A stretch of 64,000 bases of DNA from positions 2,873 through 66,872 of the forward strand of contig JBBTRH010000007.1 in the NCBI GenBank assembly GCA_038065275.1, read 5' to 3'. Every line of letters begins with the position of its first letter. The first letter of the stretch is position 1. Below the pieces are notes generated by a model. The model ran no database searches and had not been told where the DNA came from. It saw nothing but the letters and a program-made list of their open reading frames with translations. Made by a program: the position numbers and the translations under genes. The stretch comes from Patescibacteria group bacterium (lineage in GTDB: Bacteria > Patescibacteriota > Patescibacteriia > SBBC01 > CAIJZX01). This document shows, in pieces, positions 1 through 8,926 of the stretch.

Positions 1-1325
1 AACAGCTCTTCGCGCCGGGCAACCATTTCTTCTTTAGTTTTCGCCTCAACCGTCAAGCGCAGTAGCGGTTCGGTGTTCGACGGCCGGACATTAAACCACC
101 AGGTCGGGTATTCGACGGTCAGGCCGTCAGTTTCGTCTGGTGCGCCGGTGGCGTACACAGCTTTGATCTTGGCGATCGTCCCCGAAATATCGTCAACCTT
201 CGAGTTCACTTCCGCGTCATGGGCGTAGATATCAATGGCGCGGACCAGTTCTGACAGCGGTTTGTCCTGGCCGCTCAAGAAATCAAGTCCGGCCACCATC
301 GCGTCAAGTCCGGAGTCGGCGTAGTAGTGGTCGCGAAAAAAGAAGTGTCCGGAAATTTCGCCGCCGAACGGCGCGTCATGCTGGCGCATGGCCGGTTTCA
401 TGTACGCGTGGCCGACCGCCGAACGGATCGGCTGACCGCCCGCCTTGGTAATTTCTTCGGGGACCATGTGCGAGCAGATCAGGTTGTAAACGATGGCCGA
501 ACCGGGATATAGCTTGAGAAAGTGTTTGGCCAGGAGCGCGGTCATGGCGTCGCCCAAGACGCGTTGGCCGTGTTCATCGGTGAAGAACATCCGATCGGCG
601 TCGGCATCGAACGCCACGCCGACATCCGCTTTGGCGCTTAGCACCGCTGATTTCAATCCATCAAGCGCGCCGGGCGCTAACGGGTTCGGATTGCGGCCGG
701 GAAACGTTCCGTCCGGCTCCATGTTGATGGCCGACCAGGCGAACGGCAGACGAGCCATCACGTCCGGCAGAAAACGGCTGACCGTTCCGTTGCCCGGATC
801 AATGACTACTTTCAGTTTGCGGGCTGACATGAACGTACCGAAAGATAACACCTGTTCAACATAGGCCGGTTGAATGTCGAAATTGGTCAAGGTGCCGGGT
901 CTGGCCGCCTGTTTAGCGAAGCCATCGGCCGCGACTATGTCACCGATTTGCTTGATCCCCTGATCGCCGAACAGCGGGATAGCCTGTTCACGCGTAAATT
1001 TCACGCCGTTCCATTGCGGCGGGTTATGGGACGCGGTCACCATCGCCCCGCCGTCATAGCCGTATTTCCCAACGGCGAAATACAACGCGTCCGTCGTCAC
1101 CACGCCGATGTCAACCACCGCGACGCCGAGACTGCGGATGCCGTCAATCAACGCCGCTTGCAATTCCGGCCCCGAGACGCGTACATCGCGGCCCGTCACT
1201 ACTCGCTTCGGCTTCAAATAAGTCGCGTACGCCTGGCCGATCGCCCGCATGATCTCGGTTGAAAGGTTGTCGCCGACCACGCCGCGAATGTCGTAAGTTT
1301 TGAAGATGGACGAGTCTACTTGCAT
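1..1325 (-). CDS. Phosphomannomutase/phosphoglucomutase (3' end runs off the window)
   Basis: Manual translation from ATG 1325: MQVDSSIFKTYDIRG...VTASHNP (phosphoserine motif), FDADADR metal loop, GGEISGH; absent from ORF track because it is truncated. Confidence 0.92.
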   Translation of the reverse strand, partial: MQVDSSIFKTYDIRGVVGDNLSTEIMRAIGQAYATYLKPKRVVTGRDVRVSGPELQAALIDGIRSLGVAVVDIGVVTTDALYFAVGKYGYDGGAMVTASHNPPQWNGVKFTREQAIPLFGDQGIKQIGDIVAADGFAKQAARPGTLTNFDIQPAYVEQVLSFGTFMSARKLKVVIDPGNGTVSRFLPDVMARLPFAWSAINMEPDGTFPGRNPNPLAPGALDGLKSAVLSAKADVGVAFDADADRMFFTDEHGQRVLGDAMTALLAKHFLKLYPGSAIVYNLICSHMVPEEITKAGGQPIRSAVGHAYMKPAMRQHDAPFGGEISGHFFFRDHYYADSGLDAMVAGLDFLSGQDKPLSELVRAIDIYAHDAEVNSKVDDISGTIAKIKAVYATGAPDETDGLTVEYPTWWFNVRPSNTEPLLRLTVEAKTKEEMVARREEL

Positions 1326-1559
1326 AGTGGTAATTATTAATACCCGCTTGGTGTGCCTATCAACTGTGAAATTGGTAATTTACTAGTCCACCCTGAGCCA
1401 TAATCTTTCGAGGCGAAGGGTCTGGGATCAACATTCATACAAGCAGTATATCACGACTATTGACGTCTCGACGACTTCGTGGTAAGAAGCCTTAGCTTCG
1501 AGAAACGCTCGAGGCTTGCCCTTTGACAACGGGCGTTCCGCCTGGCGTACCGACCGGAG

Positions 1560-1650
1560 GATCCCGTCCCGAGCAAAGCCGAGGGACCGGATGGACCGCG
1601 TCCGTATCGCCACCCGCCTGTCCCGAGCGGAGTCGAGGGATCTCTCCCTT
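1560..1650. repeat. REP-like palindromic repeats
   Basis: GTCCCGAGCAAAGCCGAGGGA and GTCCCGAGCGGAGTCGAGGGA, two related hairpin units in an intergenic region. Confidence 0.6.
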
Positions 1651-1686
1651 GACACCGCGAATGACATGGCCGGAAAGGAGAACGTA

Positions 1687-2658
1687 ATGAAACGTCCCAA
1701 AGCGTGGTTCGACCGAAGGTACAGTCACAAACACGTTATTCCTCGCTCTGGATGGTCGTTGTGGTTTTTCTTTCTGCTTTTTCTCGCGTTCACTGCCAGT
1801 AGCGTCATCGGCTTGTTCCGGGTTTGGGGTGACGCTTTTCTCGGGGGCACGGCCGCACCAATCACCGTCCTTCGGGCATTTGGACTGACCCTTCTCACCG
1901 GACTCATTATCTCGGCTACAGGGGGTGTGTCCTTTCTTCTGTTTTCCCGGGAGCTGTGGCCCAAGCATATTCGCGGTTACGTTCTGTGGATCTTGACCGG
2001 CTCGAGCGGTCGTGAGTGGCGCGTCGTCACCCCCCGTGGCCAGCGGCCGCGGCTCAAGACGGCTAATCTCTTCGCTCTCGGTGTTCCGCTCGGCGGGTGG
2101 TGGCATTCCGGCCAGATCTGGAACGGCTCGGACCGCCTGACGCTCGACGTGAGGCAAAAATCTGAGTGGATGGGAAAGAAGATCCAAATTCGCGATCCCT
2201 TCTATCATGATTTGGTCTCCACCAGCTACGAGGACACTACCGCCGTGCTCCGACTGCTTCGAGAAAATCCCTCCGGGGCATGGCGTGACATCCTGTACCA
2301 GGCTCAGCTCAAGATCGAAGGCCTGCGGACGGACAACGAGCGGCTACAAAGCCGAATCCGGGGAGATCGAGACCGTATTCTCGGCCTCGAGACTCAACTC
2401 TCTGACTGGAGAGACGCGGCTGACGAGCTCTTCAACAGCCTGATGGGGACGAGTCGGCTCGTTTATTCCAGTGAAGGCCAGGAGATCGCCCGCCGGTGGC
2501 GTGATCAACTGCTCAAGCTCATGCCGGAGAACATGAGCACCTATCTGAAGTACCGCGAGGCCCAGATTCCGCCGACTCGACGGCGTCTGAAAACGACCCG
2601 TGAAGACCCTCCTCACCGGTCATCCGACCACGGTAAAACACCGACGAACGTCGGCTAG
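1687..2658 (+). CDS. Hypothetical membrane protein (2 N-terminal TM segments, C-terminal coiled coil)
   Basis: AAAGGAG SD before ATG 1687; hydrophobic segments; followed by a terminator. Confidence 0.7.
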   Translation: MKRPKAWFDRRYSHKHVIPRSGWSLWFFFLLFLAFTASSVIGLFRVWGDAFLGGTAAPITVLRAFGLTLLTGLIISATGGVSFLLFSRELWPKHIRGYVLWILTGSSGREWRVVTPRGQRPRLKTANLFALGVPLGGWWHSGQIWNGSDRLTLDVRQKSEWMGKKIQIRDPFYHDLVSTSYEDTTAVLRLLRENPSGAWRDILYQAQLKIEGLRTDNERLQSRIRGDRDRILGLETQLSDWRDAADELFNSLMGTSRLVYSSEGQEIARRWRDQLLKLMPENMSTYLKYREAQIPPTRRRLKTTREDPPHRSSDHGKTPTNVG

Positions 2659-2672
2659 CACCTCAACTCTAT

Positions 2673-2706
2673 CGAGCCGCCGAGCAATCCGCGGCTCGTT
2701 TTTTTT
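2673..2706 (+). terminator. Intrinsic terminator
   Basis: GAGCCGC-loop-GCGGCTC followed by T8. Confidence 0.75.
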
Positions 2707-2731
2707 ACGAAAAGTTGCTATACTTTTGCCG

Positions 2732-3553
2732 ATGTTCCTCCATACCTGGCACCCGCAACCATTGATCGCCGCCCTCGGCGGATTTTCCTTTCGCTGGTAC
2801 GGTTTGCTGTTGGCGCTGGCGGCGTTGGTCGGTTTCGGCCTGATTCAACGGATCGGCCGGCGCTACCGGCTCGACGTCAACCGCCTGTTCGACTTGGCGC
2901 TGATCACCCTCGTCGCCGGTTCCATCGGCGCCCGGATCTACCATGTCCTCAACGAATGGACGTACTACTGGGCTCGTCCGACGGAGATGTGGAAGGTCTG
3001 GAACGGCGGCTTGGCCCTACATGGCGGGTTAATCGTCGGCGCCGCGGCGCTGTTCATCATGGCCAGACGCTGGAAATGGAACGCTTGGTTGATCGCCGAC
3101 GTCATGGCTCCGGCGGTAGCCCTCGGCCAAGCTATCGGCCGCTGGGGCAACTACGCCAACCAGGAACTGTTCGGCCGGCCGACCTTGCTTCCTTGGGGCA
3201 TCCCGATCGATCCCCTCAACCGCCCGCCGGCCTACGTGACGCAGACGTATTTCCATCCCACCTTTCTCTACGAATCGCTTGGTCTGTTGGTCATCGCCGT
3301 TTTGCTGTGGCTGATGCACCGGCGTCGGTGGCGGGTGTCGGCTTCGTCACAGCCTCAACCCTACGGCGCTATTGCACTGGCCTATTTCGTCCTGTATTCG
3401 GTCCTGCGCATCAGCACCGAATCGCTTCGCCTCGACCGCACGCCCATCATCGGCGGCGTTCGTTTGCCCATTCTCGTCAGCGGATTGATAATCGTGGTCG
3501 CGCTGGTTATTCTCTTCATCCGCTACCGCCGCACACCTGCCAGTTCCGTTTGA
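2732..3553 (+). CDS. lgt: Prolipoprotein diacylglyceryl transferase
   Basis: RWYG, GARIYHV, GGLALHGG, GQAIGRWGN, HPTFLYES motifs. Confidence 0.95.
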   Translation: MFLHTWHPQPLIAALGGFSFRWYGLLLALAALVGFGLIQRIGRRYRLDVNRLFDLALITLVAGSIGARIYHVLNEWTYYWARPTEMWKVWNGGLALHGGLIVGAAALFIMARRWKWNAWLIADVMAPAVALGQAIGRWGNYANQELFGRPTLLPWGIPIDPLNRPPAYVTQTYFHPTFLYESLGLLVIAVLLWLMHRRRWRVSASSQPQPYGAIALAYFVLYSVLRISTESLRLDRTPIIGGVRLPILVSGLIIVVALVILFIRYRRTPASSV

Positions 3554-3631
3554 CCCCCGTTAGAGGCTTCACTCATAAAACTTATCCGACACGCATGTTG
3601 AACAATTCGAAAAATGCGGCCTCTAGCGGGG
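3554..3631. mobile_element. CCCGTTAG-family MITE-like hairpin element
   Basis: CCCCGTTAGAGGC...GCCTCTAGCGGGG inverted ends, TTGA on both flanks. Confidence 0.65.
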
Positions 3632-4857
3632 TTGATCCTCAATTGAAGAGGTTGCTGAACGCCGAACTCAAGCGTCAACGTGATGGTTTGACATTGATCG
3701 CTTCGGAGAACATTGTTTCGCCGGCGGTCCTGAAGGCGGTCGGCAGTGTCTTAACGAACAAGTACTCCGAAGGCTACCCCGGCAAACGTTATTACGGCGG
3801 CAATCAGTTCATCGACGAAATCGAAAGGCTCGCCATTGCTCGGGCGAAAAAACTTTTTGGCGCCGAACACGCTAACGTCCAGTCCCACGCCGGCGCGATC
3901 GCGAATATCGCCGTGTTTTTTACCTTCTTGAAACCTGGCGACACGATATTGTCGATGAGTCTGCGCGCCGGCGGCCACCTCACTCATGGTTACAAACTCA
4001 ATCTTTCCGGCCAGGTCTACGACGTGGTCCACTACGGCGTCAATGCCGACGGTTTCATCGACTACGATGAAGTCGAGCGCTTGGCGCTTGCCCGGAAACC
4101 AAAACTGATCATCTCCGGCGCCTCGGCCTACCCGCGACAGATCGACTTCAAGCGTTTCGGCGCCATCGCCAAGAAGGTCGGCGCCTATCACCTGGCTGAC
4201 GTGGCTCATGTGGCCGGTTTGATCGTGACCGGTTTACATCCTGATCCAATCCCGTACGCTGATGTCGTTACGACCACCACGCACAAAACATTACGCGGGC
4301 CGCGCGGTGCGATCATCCTCTGTAAAGCCGAGCATGCCGATCTGATCGATAAAGCCGTTATGCCCGGCATTCAGGGTGGTCCGCTTGATCACGTTATTGC
4401 CGGAAAAGCACAGGCTTTCGCCGAAGCGCTGACGCCGGCCTTCAAAAAATACCAACAGCAAGTCATTAAAAACGCGGCGCGAATGGCTGAGACGCTGGCC
4501 GGTCATGGCTTAGCCCTCGCCACCGGCGGCACGGATAACCATCTTATCTTGGCTGATGTCACGCCGATGAATCTCACCGGCGCACAAGCTGAGGTATTAC
4601 TCGAATCGGCGGGAATATACGTCAACAAGAACTTAATCCCGAACGACCCGCGAAAAGCTTTGGACCCCTCCGGCATCCGTCTCGGCACGCCGGCTATCAC
4701 CTCGCGTGGGCTCAAGGAAAAAGATGTCGAAAATTTAGCTCATCTGATATTACAACTGCTCCTAGCGCCCACGAATGCTGTTATCAAACGCCGCGTCGCG
4801 GCCGCTGTTCGAACACTGACCAAGCGTTTTCCACTCTACCCGGGTTTGAAAGCATGA
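3595..4857 (+). CDS. glyA: Serine hydroxymethyltransferase
   Basis: LIASEN, NKYSEGYPGKRYYGG, TTTTHKTLRGPRG (PLP lysine), SGIRLGT; start uncertain (ATG 3595 lies inside the repeat element). Confidence 0.96.
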   Translation: MLNNSKNAASSGVDPQLKRLLNAELKRQRDGLTLIASENIVSPAVLKAVGSVLTNKYSEGYPGKRYYGGNQFIDEIERLAIARAKKLFGAEHANVQSHAGAIANIAVFFTFLKPGDTILSMSLRAGGHLTHGYKLNLSGQVYDVVHYGVNADGFIDYDEVERLALARKPKLIISGASAYPRQIDFKRFGAIAKKVGAYHLADVAHVAGLIVTGLHPDPIPYADVVTTTTHKTLRGPRGAIILCKAEHADLIDKAVMPGIQGGPLDHVIAGKAQAFAEALTPAFKKYQQQVIKNAARMAETLAGHGLALATGGTDNHLILADVTPMNLTGAQAEVLLESAGIYVNKNLIPNDPRKALDPSGIRLGTPAITSRGLKEKDVENLAHLILQLLLAPTNAVIKRRVAAAVRTLTKRFPLYPGLKA

Positions 4858-4993
4858 TCCCGTTTCGTTCAAATGGATTTCTAATCCCGTTAGAAATGAA
4901 CGAAGATGAACTATTGGTAAAAGCGAGGTTGTATTTACTTCCGCTACATTTTTCAAAAATAACGTTTTATTCATTTCTAACGGGACTAACGGG
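4858..4993. mobile_element. Nested CCCGTTAG-family elements (inner copy 4885-4985)
   Basis: Outer element flanked by ATGA/ATGA; inner TCCCGTTAGAAATGAA...TTCATTTCTAACGGGA flanked by CTAA/CTAA. Confidence 0.72.
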
Positions 4994-5797
4994 ATGAGCG
5001 CGATCAAGCTCGACGGCCGCCGCGCGGCTGATCGAATGTTGGTACAATTAAAGAAAAAAATTCGGCGCACGCGGGAACCGATCACGTTAGCCACGATTCT
5101 CGTCGGTTCGCGTTATGATTCATCCCTCTACGTCCGCCTCAAGCGCCGCGCGGCCACTCGCGTCGGGATTAAAACCGAAGCGCATCATCTTCCGGCAACG
5201 ACAAAACAAGCGTCCTTGACGCGCCTGATTCGCGCGCTCAACCACCGCAAAAACATCAGCGGCATTCTACTACAACTCCCTTTGCCACCGCGCCTCGATG
5301 CTGACGCGGCCATCCGCGTCATCGATCCCCGCAAAGATGTTGACGGTTTTCACCCGCGCAACGCCGTAGTTGTTCCCCCGCCGGTAGCCGCCGTCTTGCG
5401 TCTTATCAATCTCGGCCAACCGCCGCGAGGTTCGTTCGCGGCCATCGTCGCCCAGCCGTCAGTTTTTACCGCCCGACTGGCGACCGAACTTGCCCGCCAT
5501 GGTTTTGTTCCGGCTGTCGTTGAACCGCACCGTAATCTGAACCTGGTCACGACCAAAGCCGACATTGTCGTCACCGCGCTTGGTCAGGGCGCGCGCTTGA
5601 CGGCCCGCGACGTCAAGCGTGGCGCGATCATCGTCGATGTCGGAATACGTCGGCACGGTAAAAAAACCATCGGCGATGTTCATCCCTCAGCCTGGAAAAA
5701 AGCTAAGGCCATCAGTCCCGTACCCGGCGGAGTTGGGCCGTTGACGGTCTCCTGCGTCCTCGAAAATACTTATCAGCTGGCCGAACATCAGTCGTGA
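4994..5797 (+). CDS. folD: Methylenetetrahydrofolate dehydrogenase/cyclohydrolase (divergent)
   Basis: YVRLK, GILLQLPLP, KDVDG, DVG, SPVPGGVGPLTV. Confidence 0.9.
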   Translation: MSAIKLDGRRAADRMLVQLKKKIRRTREPITLATILVGSRYDSSLYVRLKRRAATRVGIKTEAHHLPATTKQASLTRLIRALNHRKNISGILLQLPLPPRLDADAAIRVIDPRKDVDGFHPRNAVVVPPPVAAVLRLINLGQPPRGSFAAIVAQPSVFTARLATELARHGFVPAVVEPHRNLNLVTTKADIVVTALGQGARLTARDVKRGAIIVDVGIRRHGKKTIGDVHPSAWKKAKAISPVPGGVGPLTVSCVLENTYQLAEHQS

Positions 5798-5846
5798 TCC
5801 TCCAAAATCTTGGGTTCGAGAAAAAGGAATTGACCGGCGAGCAAGC

Positions 5847-6044
5847 GTGAAGCTCCGCCAGTCGCCGCCTTTGGCGGGATCCCGCTTGCGGCGGTGACAG
5901 GAGCTGGCGGCCTCACCGAGATGCGGTGCGGAGCCACGTAGAAGCCAGGCGCTTTACGTGGCGGAGCGTAACCCCGCACCGGAGGCCGAGCGCACCATAC
6001 TCCTCCACCGACAGAGTCGGTGGCCTCCTGGTGCGCGGGTAAAA
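5847..6044. repeat. Structured dispersed repeat, copy A
   Basis: Matches 10281-10409 apart from two hairpin insertions. Confidence 0.85.
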
Positions 6045-6078
6045 AAGAACCGCGCCCATCGATCGCGGTTTTTCGTTG

Positions 6079-6645
6079 TCATATCCCCTGGCCGTTGGCC
6101 AAGAGGATGAAATTGCGGAGCGTGACCGAGTCGATCGGCAGTCGAATCGTCGTGCGGAGATACCCGCCCTCATCGGGACGTCCCGTGACGATCGCGACGC
6201 GGCCCGGCGGCCAGGGGTATTTTCCGAAACGATAGATCTCCAACCGAATGCCGTTTGCCGGACGCAACGGGCGGCCGTCGCCGTCAAGGATCCGGAGACT
6301 GATGCCGAGATCAGCCTGATCCTGTTTACCGGCGCGACGAATGAGTCCGGTGAGGAACATCGAATCGACCGGAAACTTGGCCATGACCAGCATGTTTCCT
6401 TCGCTGTCGAGCCGGCCGATGATGTACGCCCAACGGCCCGGCGCCCAGGTAGTCTGGCCGAAACGGGATACTTCCAAGCGGACGCCCGTCGGCGGATGGA
6501 GCGGCTGTCCATTTCCGTCAAGGACCCGGACCCCGACGCACATTTCAACGATTTTGATGTGTCCGCCATCCCTCGCGAATCCGGCTGTCGGATTCACCAT
6601 CGGGCCAAGGAGCAGAATGGCTATCATCCACCGAGACAGATGCAT
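6079..6645 (-). CDS. Secreted hypothetical protein with internal two-fold repeat
   Basis: Signal-peptide-like N-terminus; repeat VLDGNGQPL..GVRLEV.RFG..W.PGR / ILDGDGRPL..GIRLEI.RFG..W.PGR. Confidence 0.7.
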   Translation of the reverse strand: MHLSRWMIAILLLGPMVNPTAGFARDGGHIKIVEMCVGVRVLDGNGQPLHPPTGVRLEVSRFGQTTWAPGRWAYIIGRLDSEGNMLVMAKFPVDSMFLTGLIRRAGKQDQADLGISLRILDGDGRPLRPANGIRLEIYRFGKYPWPPGRVAIVTGRPDEGGYLRTTIRLPIDSVTLRNFILLANGQGI

Positions 6646-6763
6646 CTCGAACCCCCGTTGGACATGAGAAAGATCAGAACGTCGGTAATGTCGGACGGAT
6701 AATAGCGGGTGGACGCTACGTTGTCAATCTTTCGCGGCAAAAAGAAAAACGCCGCGTGGTGGA

Positions 6764-7039
6764 TTACGCGGCGGTGGGGCGGCGAGTTGGCAGTGTCCCG
6801 TACCGGATGCCGTTCGACAGGCGCACGCAATGCGTGCACGCTTGATGGAGTTCCAGAACCGCGTAGGCGGTCCAAACTCGATCAGCGTATTGCCAGACCG
6901 CTTCGAGGTTCCCCTCGATCAGCGACAAGACGGCGCGATCGTTGGCCGCCAGCAAGTCGGCGCGGTAGCCGCCGAGAATCTGGCGGTGGATCGTGTCGAT
7001 TCCTCGCAGGCGACACATAAACTCTTGGAGCTGTTCCAT
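6764..7039 (-). CDS. Hypothetical protein
   Basis: GGGAGGA SD upstream of ATG; 91 aa; co-oriented with the downstream gene. Confidence 0.5.
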   Translation of the reverse strand: MEQLQEFMCRLRGIDTIHRQILGGYRADLLAANDRAVLSLIEGNLEAVWQYADRVWTAYAVLELHQACTHCVRLSNGIRYGTLPTRRPTAA

Positions 7040-7212
7040 GGCTCCTCCCTGAACAGCGGTGTAGCAAAGTCCGTATCATTTCCCTCCCGGTTCTCCGACG
7101 GTGCGATGCAAGGTGCGATGAGGATACACTACGTGATGTTGATGGTGATGTCAAGGCGCTATGAAGAGTGCCGTTGTCGCGGCGTCAACTGCGTGGTACG
7201 CTACATTCCCCT

Positions 7213-8292
7213 ATGTCATTTTCTGTTGGCATCGTTGGTCTGCCCAACGTCGGAAAATCATCGCTGTTTCAAGTGCTGACGAAAAAACAGGTCGACACTT
7301 CGAATTACCCCTTCGCCACCATTGATCCGAACGTCGGCGTCGTGGCCGTGCCGGACCCGCGGCTCGAAGTGTTGACAAAGATGGAAAAATCGGCCAAGAC
7401 GATCGCCACCGCCATCGAATTCGTCGACATCGCCGGCTTGGTCAAAGACGCGCATAAGGGCGAGGGTTTGGGCAATCAATTCCTGGCGAACATTCGCGAA
7501 GTCGATGCTATCACTGAAGTGGTGCGGGCTTTTGATGATCCGAATGTAATCCATGTCGCCGGCAAGATAGACCCCGCGTCTGACACGGCGACGATCGACA
7601 TCGAGCTGGCCATGGCCGACCTAAGCACCATCGCGAAAAGGCTTGACACGTTGACCAAACAAAAAAAGGCCGGATTGGACAAACAACAAACATCGGAACT
7701 GGCGTTGATCGAACGGGTCCACGCTCATCTTAGCGATGGAAAACCGGTTCGTGTTTTGCCTTTGACCGATGAAGAGCGCTCGGAACTGAAATCTCTCAAC
7801 TTGTTGACTATTAAACCGCTGATCTACATCCTCAACGTCAGTGAAAACCAAGTAGCCGCGTCCAGAGCGGAAACGTATGGCTTACCGCCGGAGCAAACTG
7901 TCGTCATCGCCGTGAAAGTCGAGCAGGAATTAGCCGACTTGAGTCCGGCTGATGCCGCCGCGTACCTCAAAGAACTCGGATTATCCGCTTCCGGCCTTGA
8001 CCGGCTGATCCAAACTGCGTACCGAACGCTCGGCCTGGTGACGTTCCTCACCACCGGCCCGGATGAGACACGGGCTTGGACAGTTCCGTCCGGCACGAAA
8101 GCGCCCCAAGCCGCCGCGGTTATCCACACTGATTTCGAACGGCATTTCATCCGCGCCGAAGTGGTAAGTTACCCTGATCTTGTCGCCGCTGGATCATGGG
8201 AGATGGCAAAAACGTCGGGGAAACTCAGAATCGAGGGAAAAACATATGTCATTCGGGATGGTGATGTCGTGTTTTTCCGAGTGAGTGTTTGA
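7213..8292 (+). CDS. ychF: Redox-regulated ATPase YchF
   Basis: [39 protein letters not shown]-domain tail. Confidence 0.97.
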   Translation: MSFSVGIVGLPNVGKSSLFQVLTKKQVDTSNYPFATIDPNVGVVAVPDPRLEVLTKMEKSAKTIATAIEFVDIAGLVKDAHKGEGLGNQFLANIREVDAITEVVRAFDDPNVIHVAGKIDPASDTATIDIELAMADLSTIAKRLDTLTKQKKAGLDKQQTSELALIERVHAHLSDGKPVRVLPLTDEERSELKSLNLLTIKPLIYILNVSENQVAASRAETYGLPPEQTVVIAVKVEQELADLSPADAAAYLKELGLSASGLDRLIQTAYRTLGLVTFLTTGPDETRAWTVPSGTKAPQAAAVIHTDFERHFIRAEVVSYPDLVAAGSWEMAKTSGKLRIEGKTYVIRDGDVVFFRVSV

Positions 8293-8407
8293 ACGGTTGA
8301 CCCAGCACCACATTGGCTAAAACAAAAGACTTGCCGATGATTCATTGATTACTACAACGTGACTTCTCAGTAAATCAACAAGTTAACCAATGTGGTGTCT
8401 GGGTTAA

Positions 8408-8509
8408 TCCCGTTAGAAGCGGCTAAGCAAAAATTATTGATGAAGTGTTATTATGTGGCCACAAACAGAGTACACTATTTTGGTGCAGGTTTCCCCGCTT
8501 CTAATGGGG
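8408..8509. mobile_element. CCCGTTAG-family MITE-like element
   Basis: TCCCGTTAGAAGCGG...CCGCTTCTAATGGGG; flanks TTAA/TTGA. Confidence 0.65.
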
Positions 8510-8625
8510 TTGACAAGCCGTTGCCGTTTGTCGACGGAAGTCGTAGACTTGTACATAGTAGCCCTTTCCATTCCCAGTGATAAACACTCACGGGAGATTT
8601 GCGGCTCACACTTCAAGGAGGACGC

Positions 8626-8760
8626 GTGTTCAAGAGGAGCACGGTTCGCACCACCCAGCACCGCCGTCGGCTGATCCACGGTTACCGTAACCTGCTGGCC
8701 CGCTGGCTGACACCGTTCTGGAGGGTCAAGGACACCCGGCCGATCAGTGCGCGAACGTGA
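8626..8760 (+). CDS. Small basic protein (44 aa, MFKRSTVRTTQHRRRLIHGYRNLLARWLTPFWRVKDTRPISART)
   Basis: AAGGAGGA SD 3 nt before GTG; below the ORF-track cutoff. Confidence 0.4.
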   Translation: MFKRSTVRTTQHRRRLIHGYRNLLARWLTPFWRVKDTRPISART

Positions 8761-8900
8761 ATCGCCCATCACCCCTCGACACAAATCACCTCGGGGAGGA
8801 GCCTCCGATGCGAAGGCATCAGCTGACGCACACCCACAACCTGCGCTAGCGAGGAGGTGATCCGTATCTTCGCCGGGCTAATTCCCCGGTACGCCATACT

Positions 8901-8926
8901 GCCAGTCCGTTCGCGGGCTGGCTTTT
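8901..8926 (+). terminator. Intrinsic terminator
   Basis: GCCAGTCCG-TTCG-CGGGCTGGC followed by T5. Confidence 0.75.

Noticed and set aside
327-1262. Plus-strand ORFs of 61-130 aa
   Set aside because: Antisense shadows of the phosphomannomutase gene; the same applies to most short ORFs opposite rpoB, rpoC, polA and uvrB
2956-3594. N-terminal extension of the 633-aa glyA ORF
   Set aside because: Overlaps lgt in another frame; SHMT similarity begins near 3630
6076-6702. 208-aa plus-strand ORF
   Set aside because: Mirror of the minus-strand secreted protein, which has a signal peptide and a protein-like repeat
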